Both the position numbers and the translations under genes were made by a program. From positions 1-59,865 of IMG/VR virus record IMGVR_UViG_3300034196_000123: a stretch of 59,865 bases of DNA; one strand, given 5' to 3'. Below are positions 27,157 to 35,909 of this stretch, piece by piece. The notes beneath the pieces were generated by a model. It had not been told where the DNA came from. It saw only the letters and a program-made list of their open reading frames with translations, and made no database searches. The stretch's first letter is position 1. Each line of letters begins with the position of its first letter. Source of the stretch: a virus. Taxonomy: Duplodnaviria > Caudoviricetes.

Positions 27157-27897
27157 CTACTCCGCGGCGATCTGGTAGACGAGCTGGTACCGCTCCGACG
27201 ACATGACCATCCGATTCACCTCGACCGCCCGGTCGCCGGCGTACGCCACGCGGGTCACCTCGAGGACGGGGTAGGCGGCGGGCAGCTGCAGGTGCTCGGC
27301 CTCCCGCGGCCGCGGTGGTCGCGCCGCCACCAGCTCGCTGTAGTGGGTGAGCGTCCACCCGGCCTCTTCGACGCGGGCGTACATCCCGCCGGGGCCGGTG
27401 TCGGTCTGCTCCAGGTGCGCGGCTTCGGCGACGTCCACGGGGATCCAGCTGGTGGCCAGCTGCACGACCTCGGCGTCGGCGCGCATGATGCGCTCGCGGA
27501 CGGCGACGTCGGTGCCGGGCGCGACGTCCAGGAGCGGCGCGACGTCGACCGGGACCGTCTGCCGGAACGTCTTCACGGTGACCGCCGGCGCCCAGCCGCC
27601 GGTCCGGGCGTCGCTCATGAACGTTCCGCGGCCGGCTGCGCGCTCGGCGGCGCTGAGGCGGTTGCGGGCGAGCCTGGTGACGGGCTTGCGCTCGCTGACG
27701 AACCAGCCGCGGCCGGACACGCTGAACACGAGGCCTTCGGCGCGCAGTTGGTCGACGGCGTTCTGGATCGTGTTCCTCGCGACCCCGAACCGGGCCATGA
27801 GCTGGGTGCCGGACGGCAGGGGAGTGCCGGGACCGGCGTCGGTGACCTCGCGGCGGAGGGTGTCGGCGATCTCGACCCATGGGCGGCGCACTGGCAT
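27157..27897 (-). CDS. GntR/HutC-family regulator with UTRA domain (KorSA/TraR-like)
   Basis: PGTPLPS..QLMARFGVARNTIQNAVDQLRAEGLV...GRGWFV wHTH; UTRA motifs QLATSWIP, RAVEV, ERYQLVY. Confidence 0.9.
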   Translation of the reverse strand: MPVRRPWVEIADTLRREVTDAGPGTPLPSGTQLMARFGVARNTIQNAVDQLRAEGLVFSVSGRGWFVSERKPVTRLARNRLSAAERAAGRGTFMSDARTGGWAPAVTVKTFRQTVPVDVAPLLDVAPGTDVAVRERIMRADAEVVQLATSWIPVDVAEAAHLEQTDTGPGGMYARVEEAGWTLTHYSELVAARPPRPREAEHLQLPAAYPVLEVTRVAYAGDRAVEVNRMVMSSERYQLVYQIAAE

Positions 27898-27912
27898 GCC
27901 GCCATGCTACGC

Positions 27913-27978
27913 GACCTACTTGCATAGGTCACCGGGCTGACCTACGGTGATCCTGCGTGAGCTACTTGCATAGCTCAC
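27913..27978. promoter_or_regulatory. Twin palindromic operators (core CTACTTGCATAG)
   Basis: GACCTA-CTTGCA-TAGGTC (27913-27930) and GTGAGCTA-CTTGCA-TAGCTCAC (27957-27978) between divergent genes. Confidence 0.8.
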
Positions 27979-28049
27979 CCTCGATCGGCGGAGCGCGCCG
28001 TCCACCCCGAGTCGCGGCGCGCTCCGCCCACCACGGCCAGGGGGGCCTC

Positions 28050-28457
28050 ATGTCGCTACGCCGCATCCAGGTGCTGGTCGTCCCTGCCGAACGTGAGCTG
28101 CCTGCCCGCCTGGTCCACATCGACGACAGTGCCGCCGCGATCAGCGATGCGATCGGCGTTGACCGGTTCGATGACCTGCTCGTCGGCTCGACGCCGCTGG
28201 GCATGTACACGATCTACGGGAGCGGCTCGGGTGGCCCGCCGCTCAACCTCGCTGCCGGGGCGCTCGTCGGCGCCCTGGGGCACTCCGGCCCCGACGTCCG
28301 GCGCCGGATGCGCGGCGACGTCCTGGTGTCCGGGCTGGACGCCTCGGGCATCGTCGACATCGACGTGCCGGCGTCCGTGCTGGCCGCCGCGGCGTCGGCG
28401 GGGGTGCCGATCGTCGCCGGTGGGGTGCTGCTGCGCCCGGCCGACCCGTCTGCCTGA
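28050..28457 (+). CDS. DUF3846-like protein
   Basis: VLVVPAE..PARLV.I, PLNLAA, GDVLVSG pattern. Confidence 0.55.
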   Translation: MSLRRIQVLVVPAERELPARLVHIDDSAAAISDAIGVDRFDDLLVGSTPLGMYTIYGSGSGGPPLNLAAGALVGALGHSGPDVRRRMRGDVLVSGLDASGIVDIDVPASVLAAAASAGVPIVAGGVLLRPADPSA

Positions 28458-28496
28458 GGGTCGGGGGAGGGCCCGAGAGCACGACATAACGGGCCT

Positions 28497-28524
28497 ACCT
28501 GACATAATCATAATTATCGGTGCA
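28497..28524 (-). other. dif: dif-like XerC/XerD recombination site
   Basis: Minus strand TGCACCGATAA-TTATGA-TTATGTCAGGT: 11-6-11 layout with ATAA/TTAT inner arms like E. coli dif (GGTGCGCATAA-TGTATA-TTATGTTAAAT). Confidence 0.75.
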
Positions 28525-28964
28525 GAACGGACGATCTTCAGGGGGAGCCGGAGCGGCTGTCCACAGCCCCTTCTGGTCCCCTTGGATCAGGGCCGGCCGT
28601 GCGCCACGATGGGCGGGCCGGCCCGGGCCGGTCACCCTCGGCGCCGCCTCCCCGCCCACCTGGCGGGGCGTGGCGCCCTCGGAAGCACAGCCCGGACCGG
28701 TCCCGTGCCAGACTGATCGTCGATCGCGCTGCGCGAGGTGCAGGGCAGCGCAGGGCCTGGTGGCGATGCGACACGTCACGGCAGCGCGGTCTGCGGGTCC
28801 CGGTGCATGGGAGCAGCAACGTGCGCGCCGTTCGAGTCGGAGGTCGGGACCCGCGTCCCCTCCCGGTCGTCGTGCCTGGAGCGACGAACCGCCCCGGGCG
28901 GCTACCCGGGGCGGTTCTTCCAGCGCTGACGAAGCTGGGGAGAGATCCATCGTAGCGGCGCCGG

Positions 28965-29212
28965 CGGCAGCTGCTGGCAGCCGTTGTGGCAGCCGTGCGG
29001 TGGGACGCTGTGGTTCGCTGTGGTACTCCCCCACGAGTCGATCATGCGTTGACCAGGCGTTTGGCACGCTGCGCTACATGGTGGGACGGGTTGCCCGGGC
29101 TCTTTTAATCCGCGGGCTGAGGGTTCGATCCCCTCGGGGCCCACCGCTTGACCTGGCAGTATGCGCCCCTGCATAGATCATTTAGGGGGGTGTGGCAGCC
29201 GTTCTGGCAGCT
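28965..29212. repeat. Integrase arm-type repeats flanking attP core
   Basis: TGGCAGCCGTT(G/C)TGGCAGC at 28975-28993 and 29193-29211, on both sides of the core. Confidence 0.65.
29102..29145 (+). other. attP: attP core identical in form to the 3' half of tRNA-Lys(UUU)
   Basis: CTTTTAA anticodon loop, GAGGG-TTCGATC-CCCTC T arm, GGGGCCCACC acceptor end; 5' half of tRNA absent; near integrase. Confidence 0.85.
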
Positions 29213-29262
29213 CCTGGGACGATCTACCGTCGAACTCCACCGCTGTAGTTCGGCCGCGTTCA

Positions 29263-29278
29263 TCGAACATGCGTTCGA
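29263..29278. promoter_or_regulatory. LexA (SOS) box, actinobacterial type
   Basis: TCGAAC-ATGC-GTTCGA, 19 bp upstream of ATG 29298. Confidence 0.85.
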
Positions 29279-29297
29279 CGGCTGCCATCCTGGGGTC

Positions 29298-29621
29298 ATG
29301 GCGGGAGGCGCGGACCGACGAGCGGGACAGGACGGCCCCGTCCTCGATCGGCTCGGCCTGAGGGTACCCGCCGCCCCCGAGTCGGCGCCGGCTGCCCTGC
29401 CGGACGGCGGCGCGCACCGGCAGGAGTGGCCCACCCTCAAGCACGTCTGGGTCGCCGACGCCCCCGAGGTCCCCGGCCGCTGGCCGGGCATCCTCATGGG
29501 CTGGGCCCGGGACGACCGCGGCTGGCTCGGACGTGTCTCCCTGGCCGCCGAGGGCCGTGAGGGCATCGTCACGATGACCCTGTGGGTCCGCGCCGAGCAC
29601 CTGGTCCCCCTCGACCAGTGA
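29298..29621 (+). CDS. Small Trp-rich hypothetical protein, probably SOS-inducible
   Basis: KHVWV...PGILMGW.R...GWLGRV...WVRAEHLVP, SH3-like beta pattern; directly behind LexA box. Confidence 0.7.
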   Translation: MAGGADRRAGQDGPVLDRLGLRVPAAPESAPAALPDGGAHRQEWPTLKHVWVADAPEVPGRWPGILMGWARDDRGWLGRVSLAAEGREGIVTMTLWVRAEHLVPLDQ

Positions 29622-29673
29622 CCGCCCTGGTGGCGCAGGCCTGCCCGCCCCAAGTCTGGGCGGGCCCGCGCCA

Positions 29674-31014
29674 TCAGGCCGGGACCAGCGCCGCGGCGGG
29701 CGGGTCCTCGCCGTCATCCTCGCCGCGCTCGCCGGCGCCCTCGCCGGCGGTCTGGCCGGCATCCGGCGTGGGCGGGACGCCGTCCGGCCACAGCAGCTCG
29801 TCGACCCGCTTGGCGTTGGTGTCGAGCATCCCCGGGAGCAGGTGCTGGTACGTGTCCTGCGTCAGCTGGGTCTGGGAGTGCCCCAGCTGCTCCTTGACCT
29901 CGCGCACGTCGGCCTTCAGGAACAGCAGCAGCGACGCGGTGGTGTGCCGCAGGTCGTGGACCCGCAGGTCCGACTCGATCGGGTCATCGACGACGCTGCC
30001 GTCGCGCATCGTCCACGACTTCCCGGTACCCGAGGTCCGGACGCCCGCCTTGACGGCGAGGTCACGCAGGTTCTGCCAGTCCCGACGGGCGTCCAGCGGG
30101 TAACCACCGCGCTGGGCGAACACCAGGTCGGCGATCTCCTCCCAGCCGGGCGGCTGCCAGCCCTTCCAGTTCGCGCCGTCCTCGAGTTTCGCTACGCGCT
30201 GGGCGAGCCGGAGCCGCTTCAGGATGGGCAGCAGGTGCGCGGGGATGGGCAGGCGCCGGATCCCGGCGGTGGACTTCGGCGGAGTCAGCACGAGGTTCTG
30301 CCCACGGGGGCGGCCTCGTAGGCGGGTCAGTGACCGCCGGACCGTCAGGACGCCGGCGTCCAGGTCGACGTCGTCCCACAGCAGGCCGAGAACCTCGCCC
30401 TGGCGCAGGCCGAGGGCGATGGCGATGCCCCACCGGGCGTGCGCCGCGTCGTCGGTGCAGGCGCCCAGCAGGCGACGGCACTCCTCCACGGTCAGTGGCA
30501 TGACTTCCTCCCGGACGGCCGCGGGTGGCTGGACGAGCTTGGCGACGTTCATGCTGACTCGCTGCCGCTGCCAGGCGACCTGCAGGGCGCGGGCGAGGAT
30601 GCGGTGGCACTGCAGGATGGACGTCTCGGACAGCCCCGCCTCGCGCATCGTCGTGTGCAGCTGCTCGATGTGCTCGGGGGTCAGCTTGATCAGCCGGTGC
30701 CGTCCCACGTTCGGGATGATCCAGTTCCGGAGGTAGGAGCGGTACCCGTCGATGGTGCGGGGCCGGACCTTCGTCGGGGCGATGTTGTCGATCCAGTGGG
30801 TGAGCCACTGCTCGACGGTCGTCTTCGGGTCGTGGAGGGTCCCCCCGCGGGCCAGGACCGACTGTGCTTCCTGCAGCTTGGCCTTGGCCTCGGCGCGGTT
30901 CTTGGCCCGCAGGTACTTGCGGATCGGCTTGCCGTCGGCTGTCCACCCGACGTGGATCTGGACGCGCCATCCGGCGCCGCTCTTGTAGATCGAGCCTTCA
31001 CCCGGGGATCGCAT
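29674..31014 (-). CDS. int: Tyrosine integrase
   Basis: GLRQGE, PPKS, HDLRH, LGHS, TQDTY catalytic R-K-H-R-H-Y residues; N-terminal arm-binding GEGSIY. Confidence 0.95.
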   Translation of the reverse strand: MRSPGEGSIYKSGAGWRVQIHVGWTADGKPIRKYLRAKNRAEAKAKLQEAQSVLARGGTLHDPKTTVEQWLTHWIDNIAPTKVRPRTIDGYRSYLRNWIIPNVGRHRLIKLTPEHIEQLHTTMREAGLSETSILQCHRILARALQVAWQRQRVSMNVAKLVQPPAAVREEVMPLTVEECRRLLGACTDDAAHARWGIAIALGLRQGEVLGLLWDDVDLDAGVLTVRRSLTRLRGRPRGQNLVLTPPKSTAGIRRLPIPAHLLPILKRLRLAQRVAKLEDGANWKGWQPPGWEEIADLVFAQRGGYPLDARRDWQNLRDLAVKAGVRTSGTGKSWTMRDGSVVDDPIESDLRVHDLRHTTASLLLFLKADVREVKEQLGHSQTQLTQDTYQHLLPGMLDTNAKRVDELLWPDGVPPTPDAGQTAGEGAGERGEDDGEDPPAAALVPA

Positions 31015-31015
31015 G

Positions 31016-31258
31016 TCACGGCTCCTTCCTGGCGAGCCGGGCCGCGTCGGCGATCGCGTGGCCGAGGGCCTCGGCGTCTGCCGGGTCGAGGGCCTGGGGC
31101 CCTCTGGGTGGTGGGTCTGGGATCACGAGTGGTCCGGTGCTGCTGTCGGTCAGCCATACCGTCCAGCCGGCGACGGTGTGTGGCGGGCTGGTGCAGTAGC
31201 GGGCGCCTGGGTCGTGACCGGAGCGTTCGCACCAGGCGGCGTGCGAGGTCGTGACCAT
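31016..31258 (-). CDS. Hypothetical Cys/His protein
   Basis: GGGGAG RBS before ATG 31258; WC..GHD...YC, DAEALGHAI. Confidence 0.55.
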   Translation of the reverse strand: MVTTSHAAWCERSGHDPGARYCTSPPHTVAGWTVWLTDSSTGPLVIPDPPPRGPQALDPADAEALGHAIADAARLARKEP

Positions 31259-31469
31259 CTCCCCCAACCTCATTCGCGGTTCACACGGATGACAGGTAAG
31301 GGGGCAAAGATTGCATCTGATCCCACACGATGCGTCACGAATCACTGGTTTGGTGTCGTTTCGCAACGAGTGCGGAAACTTTCGAGAGCATTTGCCCCGT
31401 TATCGGGCAACGATCATCGGGGTAGCCGACCCGGCCGGATGAGGCTTGTCCGGCCGGTCCCGTGCGGCG

Positions 31470-31910
31470 TCAGGAACTGGTGGGCCCCTCGGTGCTGGTG
31501 CGTGGTGATGTCGCCGCGCGCAGCCGCGCGAGCTCCAGGAGTGCGTCGACCAGGCTGAGGACCAGTTGCCGGTGTGGCTCCAGGAGGCCGTCGGTCCCGG
31601 GTGGCAGTAGCGCGACGAACAGGCTGTCGACGTCACCGGTGTCCAGGCCGCGTTGCTTCGCGATCGTGTTCCCGCACGCGAGGTAGACGGTCCACCAGTG
31701 GACCCGCAGTGCCTGCGCGATCCCCATGATCGTGTCCGTGTCCGGAGCGGAGTCGAACGGGTCGTCGCTGGTGGCGAGTTGCTGCCAGCGTGGGGCACTC
31801 GGCTTCCCGCCGGCGGCGCGGGTGAGGTCGGCATATGTGCGTTCCCTCCCCTCTTGGACCCGCTGGGCGGTGATCAGCTCACGGATCGTGATGCCGTGTT
31901 TGGGTGCCAC
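31470..31910 (-). CDS. Immunity repressor (XRE-like HTH)
   Basis: RTYADL..AAGG.PS..RWQQLA...PDTDTIMGIAQAL; divergent from cro, upstream of int. Confidence 0.75.
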   Translation of the reverse strand: MAPKHGITIRELITAQRVQEGRERTYADLTRAAGGKPSAPRWQQLATSDDPFDSAPDTDTIMGIAQALRVHWWTVYLACGNTIAKQRGLDTGDVDSLFVALLPPGTDGLLEPHRQLVLSLVDALLELARLRAATSPRTSTEGPTSS

Positions 31911-31936
31911 TGGGCCACTCTCCCCGGGGTAGGCGA

Positions 31937-32154
31937 GCTAACACAACGGTCGCGTCGTTGCTCAGCGTTAGCGCTCGTGCAGGCAGCCACGTTAGCGCGT
32001 GGCACTAACGTCGCGGGGTCCGATCCTCAGCGTCCGGGCAGGTCAGAGCACTTAACCGTGCCATCACCTGGTGGTCTGTACAGGCGTTCGCCCCCCCTGG
32101 ACCGCTAACGGGAGTAGTGTTAGCGTTAGCCCCGCTAGCGATCAAGACGTTAGC
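31937..32154. promoter_or_regulatory. Lysis/lysogeny switch with GTTAGC/GCTAAC repeats and rightward promoter
   Basis: Half-sites at 31937, 31967, 31991, 32004 (variant), 32104, 32119, 32125, 32134 (variant), 32149; TGGACC-N17-TAGCGT at 32098-32126. Confidence 0.75.
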
Positions 32155-32192
32155 AATGCCAGGATGACGCACACAGAGACTCGGGGCTCACA

Positions 32193-32504
32193 GTGAAAAG
32201 CAACCGATCAAGATGGCCAAAGGGGACGTACATGTTGCTCCGATCGGGCGAGGCGCTGAAGGAGGCGATAGTCGCCGCCGGACTCCGGCAGGTCGACGTC
32301 GCCCGAAGCGCCAACGTCCACCACAGCTTCGTCAGCAACCTGATCTCCGGGCGGGAGCGCACCTGCTCGCCCACGACCGCGGCACGCATCGCGGAGGTCG
32401 TCCGCAAGCCCCTCCCCGACCTCTTCGACGCCAAGGGCGCTAGTCGGGTTAGGCGCTGCGACTCATGCGGTCAGCCGGTCGTGCAGGCGGGATCCGCCGC
32501 ATGA
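32193..32504 (+). CDS. cro: Cro-like XRE HTH protein
   Basis: LRQVDVARSANVHHSFVSNLISG...AARIAEVV..PLPDLF. Confidence 0.8.
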   Translation: MKSNRSRWPKGTYMLLRSGEALKEAIVAAGLRQVDVARSANVHHSFVSNLISGRERTCSPTTAARIAEVVRKPLPDLFDAKGASRVRRCDSCGQPVVQAGSAA

Positions 32505-32752
32505 CCGCCCCCACCGCCGACGTCACCGAGTTGACTGCGGCTTTGCCCGCGGTCGACCGGATGCTCACCGTCGACGAGGTGACGGTGATCCTCCGCAAGT
32601 CGAGGACCACCGTCTACCGGCTCATGGCCAGTCACGGCCTGCCATACCGCTGCGTCGCCGGCGGCGACCGACGGGTCCCCGCCCCCGAGCTGCAGCGCTG
32701 GCTCGACACCCAGCCCGGCCCTCGGATGACCGGGCACCTGCGCGCGGTCTGA
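32501..32752 (+). CDS. xis: Excisionase (HTH_17-like)
   Basis: MLTVDEVTVILRKSRTTVYRL...RRVP..ELQRWL; ATGA overlap. Confidence 0.8.
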   Translation: MTAPTADVTELTAALPAVDRMLTVDEVTVILRKSRTTVYRLMASHGLPYRCVAGGDRRVPAPELQRWLDTQPGPRMTGHLRAV

Positions 32753-32914
32753 CCGCGACCCCTGATCGGCGCCCGGCCTCGACCCCGGATCCCCCTCCGT
32801 GCCGTGCCCCACCCCCTGGGTGCGGCCGGGGCCGGGCGCCCCACCAGACGTCGAGGCCCCCGACCGTGTCCGCGGTCGAGGGCCTCAGTCACACCTCACC
32901 CTGAGAGAGATGCG

Positions 32915-34141
32915 ATGACGACCAGTATCACCCCACCGGCCCGGCTGGGCAGCACGCTGCTGGACCTGCGCGAGTACCTGACCAGCACCGGCGCGCCGCC
33001 GTTCGTCGGCCGCAGCGTCGAGTCCGACTCCTACCACGTCTGGTACGTCGACCCCCGCGACCCGTCGACCCGGTACCGCAGCATCACCAACATCCTCGAC
33101 GAGACCGAGTCCACCCCGTGGAAGGCCCCCTGGTACGCCAAGATGGCCGCCCGGTTCGCCATCCAGCACTGGGCCGACCTCGCGGACATGCTCGCCGCCG
33201 GCCTCAACGACGAGGCCCTGCGCTGGGTCCGCGACAACGCCGAGCGGGACCGGTCGACCGCCGCGGACTGCGGGACGTGGCTGCACGACGTCCTGGAGGC
33301 CCTGCTCCTGGACCGGCCCATCCCCGACCCCCCGACCGACCTGATCGGCCGCCACCTGGACGACGAGCCCATCGACCAGGAGCGCCTCGACCGGTGGGCC
33401 GACGGCCTGCTCGCGTGGATCGAGGACTTCCGCCCGACCCCGCTGATGGCCGAGGCCACCGTGGCGTCGCCCGCCGAGGGCGTGGCCGGGCGCCTGGACT
33501 TCGGCGGGGACTTCGCTCACTACGGCGCCCTGGCCGTCGACCTCAAGTCCGGGCGGACGATCGCGGAGAAGGTGTACTGCCAGCTGTGGGCGTACACCCG
33601 CCTCGTCACGCAGGTGTGGCTGCCCGACGGTCGCCGCCTCGCGCTGCCCCGGTTCACCGGCGCCGCGGTGCTGCGCCTGCGCCCCTCGATGCACAGGGGC
33701 TACAAGTTCATGCCCGTCCCGGAGGCCGCGCTGGCCGCGGGCGGGCAGGAGTTCATGCACCGATGGCACGCCCTGCGCAAGCGCACCGCGCTGCGCGAGG
33801 ACCACCCGTTCATGCGGACCGCCGCCTACCCGCCTCAGTGGCGCCCCGACGGCAGCTGGACGCCGCCGCGGACCATCCCGATGGTCGAGGACGTGGACGG
33901 GACGCAGTTCCCCCGCGGCCTGCTCACCGCCGCCGGCCTGCTGTGGCTGGAGGACCTGACCCACTTCCGCGCGGAGGACCTGCTGTCCGTCCCCGAGCGG
34001 AAGACCAAGCGCGACCCCGCCCCCGCGAAGGGCATCAAGGGCCTCGGCGCGAAGAAGCTGGACGCCGTCCGGGCCGCGCTCGCCCTGTACGGGCTGGCCC
34101 TGGCCGGCGAGACCCTCCCGGCCGAGAGCGAGGTGGCGTGA
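32915..34141 (+). CDS. PD-(D/E)xK exonuclease (Cas4/RecE-like) with C-terminal RNAP alpha-CTD-like HhH domain
   Basis: SITNIL, GTWLH, EATV, AGRLD, VDLKSG, QLWAY; C-terminus IKGLGAKKLDAVRAAL. Confidence 0.8.
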   Translation: MTTSITPPARLGSTLLDLREYLTSTGAPPFVGRSVESDSYHVWYVDPRDPSTRYRSITNILDETESTPWKAPWYAKMAARFAIQHWADLADMLAAGLNDEALRWVRDNAERDRSTAADCGTWLHDVLEALLLDRPIPDPPTDLIGRHLDDEPIDQERLDRWADGLLAWIEDFRPTPLMAEATVASPAEGVAGRLDFGGDFAHYGALAVDLKSGRTIAEKVYCQLWAYTRLVTQVWLPDGRRLALPRFTGAAVLRLRPSMHRGYKFMPVPEAALAAGGQEFMHRWHALRKRTALREDHPFMRTAAYPPQWRPDGSWTPPRTIPMVEDVDGTQFPRGLLTAAGLLWLEDLTHFRAEDLLSVPERKTKRDPAPAKGIKGLGAKKLDAVRAALALYGLALAGETLPAESEVA

Positions 34142-35229
34142 TGCCGATCCTCGACCTGCAGGCCCGCACCGCCCGCATCGGGCAGATCCGCATGGGCACC
34201 AGCGTGGCGATCCCCGGGAAGAAGGGTCGCCGTCCCGTGAAGCTGTCGACCCTGCGCTTCACCTCCGCCAGCGAGAGGGCCATCACGGCCGTCGCCCAGC
34301 AGTACGGCGGGGAGCCGAAGCCGTGGACGGAGAACGCCCCGAGCCCGGGGCTGTGGGAGGTCATCACCGAGGCCCCCGAGGTCGCCGTGGCCTGCCCCCC
34401 GGGCGAGCAGCTGATGACGGCGAACTACGAGCTGTGGGAGGACCGCCGGCGGCTGCGGCTGTGCGACAGCCAGACCGACGGCGTGTCCGGCGGCCCGTGC
34501 GTGTGCAAGCCCGAGGCCCGGGCGTGCAAGCCCTACACGCGCCTGTCGGTGATGCTCCCCGACGTCCCCGGCCTGGGCGTGTGGGTCCTCAACTCGACCG
34601 GCCTGAACGCGGCCGTCGGGATGATGGGCGTCGCGCAGCAGCTGCAGCAGTACGCCACCCGCGGGCAGATCCTGCCCGCGATGCTGCGCCTGGAGCACCG
34701 CGTCAGCGTCGACGACCGCACCGGGGAGACCCTGCGGTTCGTCGTGCCCGTCCTGGAGCTGACGATGACGCTGCGGGAGATCGCCGGTGGCGCGGCGTCG
34801 GAGCAGACCCTGTACCTGCCGCCCCCGCCGCCGCGGCTCCTGGCCCTCACCAGGAGCGCCGAGCCGCCCGCCGAGGGCGCGGTGCCCGCCGAACCGGCCC
34901 GAGCCACCACCACGGCGCCGGCGCCCGCCACGGCGCGCCCCCCGGCGCCGCAGCAGGCGGACCGCCCGGCGCCGACGCAGGGCCCGGCGAAGGACCCCGC
35001 CCGGCCGATCGATACCGGCAGCGTCCAGCCCCCGAGCGACGCGCAGGGCATGGTCCCGATCATCACCGCGTGCGAGTCCCGCGCCGAGCTCGCGCAGCGG
35101 TTCGCGCCGTACGCGGAGAAGGCCGGGTGGATGGACGACTTCGTGACCCACCCGTACAGCGACGAGATGTGGGTGCTGCTCGAAGTGTTCCGAGCCCGCG
35201 ACGCCGCCCTCACCGACGCCGAGAGCTGA
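34141..35229 (+). CDS. phiC31 gp3-like recombination/replication protein (RDF family)
   Basis: MPILDLQ..IGQIRMG, RPVKLSTLRFTS, CD..., CKPYTRLSVMLPDVPGLGVW, FVVPVL. Confidence 0.8.
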   Translation: MPILDLQARTARIGQIRMGTSVAIPGKKGRRPVKLSTLRFTSASERAITAVAQQYGGEPKPWTENAPSPGLWEVITEAPEVAVACPPGEQLMTANYELWEDRRRLRLCDSQTDGVSGGPCVCKPEARACKPYTRLSVMLPDVPGLGVWVLNSTGLNAAVGMMGVAQQLQQYATRGQILPAMLRLEHRVSVDDRTGETLRFVVPVLELTMTLREIAGGAASEQTLYLPPPPPRLLALTRSAEPPAEGAVPAEPARATTTAPAPATARPPAPQQADRPAPTQGPAKDPARPIDTGSVQPPSDAQGMVPIITACESRAELAQRFAPYAEKAGWMDDFVTHPYSDEMWVLLEVFRARDAALTDAES

Positions 35230-35289
35230 CCCCGCCGGGCGCCCCGGGCCATCCGGGGCGCCCCGCCCCTGCACGCCTGGAGGACGACC

Positions 35290-35727
35290 GTGACCACGAG
35301 CACCACCGACCAGCCCACCGACCTGCCCGCCGACATCGACGCACTGGACTCCTGGGCGGTCGACCAGATCCGCCGCTACACGCACGTCGGCATCACCCAC
35401 GCCCAGGACATGGCGCTGCGCGCCGAGCACGCCCGCGCCCTGGCCCGCCAGCTCGCCGAGCTGGTCACGGCCGAGCTGGGCGCAGGCATCCGCCTGGCGG
35501 ACCTCGCCGAACCGGACGGGGACGGCCCCCGTGCCGCCCAACTCGTCGGCGCACGGACGGCGAAGGTGCTCGCTCGCCTGGCCGGCCTGCTCGCCGACGT
35601 TGAGGACGCCCTGATCGTCGCTCGGGAGCGGCAGCTCGTCCACGCCGACGACCTGCTGCAGCAGGCCCGGGACTGCGGCGTGCACGTCGACGTCGACGAG
35701 CCGGCCGAGAGCGCACCGGCCACCTGA
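35290..35727 (+). CDS. Hypothetical protein
   Basis: GGAGG RBS; 145 aa helical. Confidence 0.7.
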   Translation: MTTSTTDQPTDLPADIDALDSWAVDQIRRYTHVGITHAQDMALRAEHARALARQLAELVTAELGAGIRLADLAEPDGDGPRAAQLVGARTAKVLARLAGLLADVEDALIVARERQLVHADDLLQQARDCGVHVDVDEPAESAPAT

Positions 35728-35909
35728 TGCCTCGTCCCGACCCGCTCCGCCCGGCGTGCCGGGCGGAGCCTTCGGCCTGCCCGCCGGCGGTCCGTGGCCC
35801 CCCAGTCTGCTCGTCCCGATAGTGACCTTGTGTAGCCGGGCTGTAGGGTCCGGGCCGCTGGCTCGATCCACTGGAGGACCAACATCATGAGCGAGAACAG
35901 GCCACCACG

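Noticed and set aside
29085-29146. Complete tRNA-Lys gene
   Set aside because: Only the anticodon loop to 3' end is present; upstream bases cannot form the D arm or the 5' acceptor and anticodon strands, so it is attP
32915-34141. Cas4 as sign of a CRISPR system
   Set aside because: Stand-alone phage exonuclease in the recombination module; no array or other cas genes
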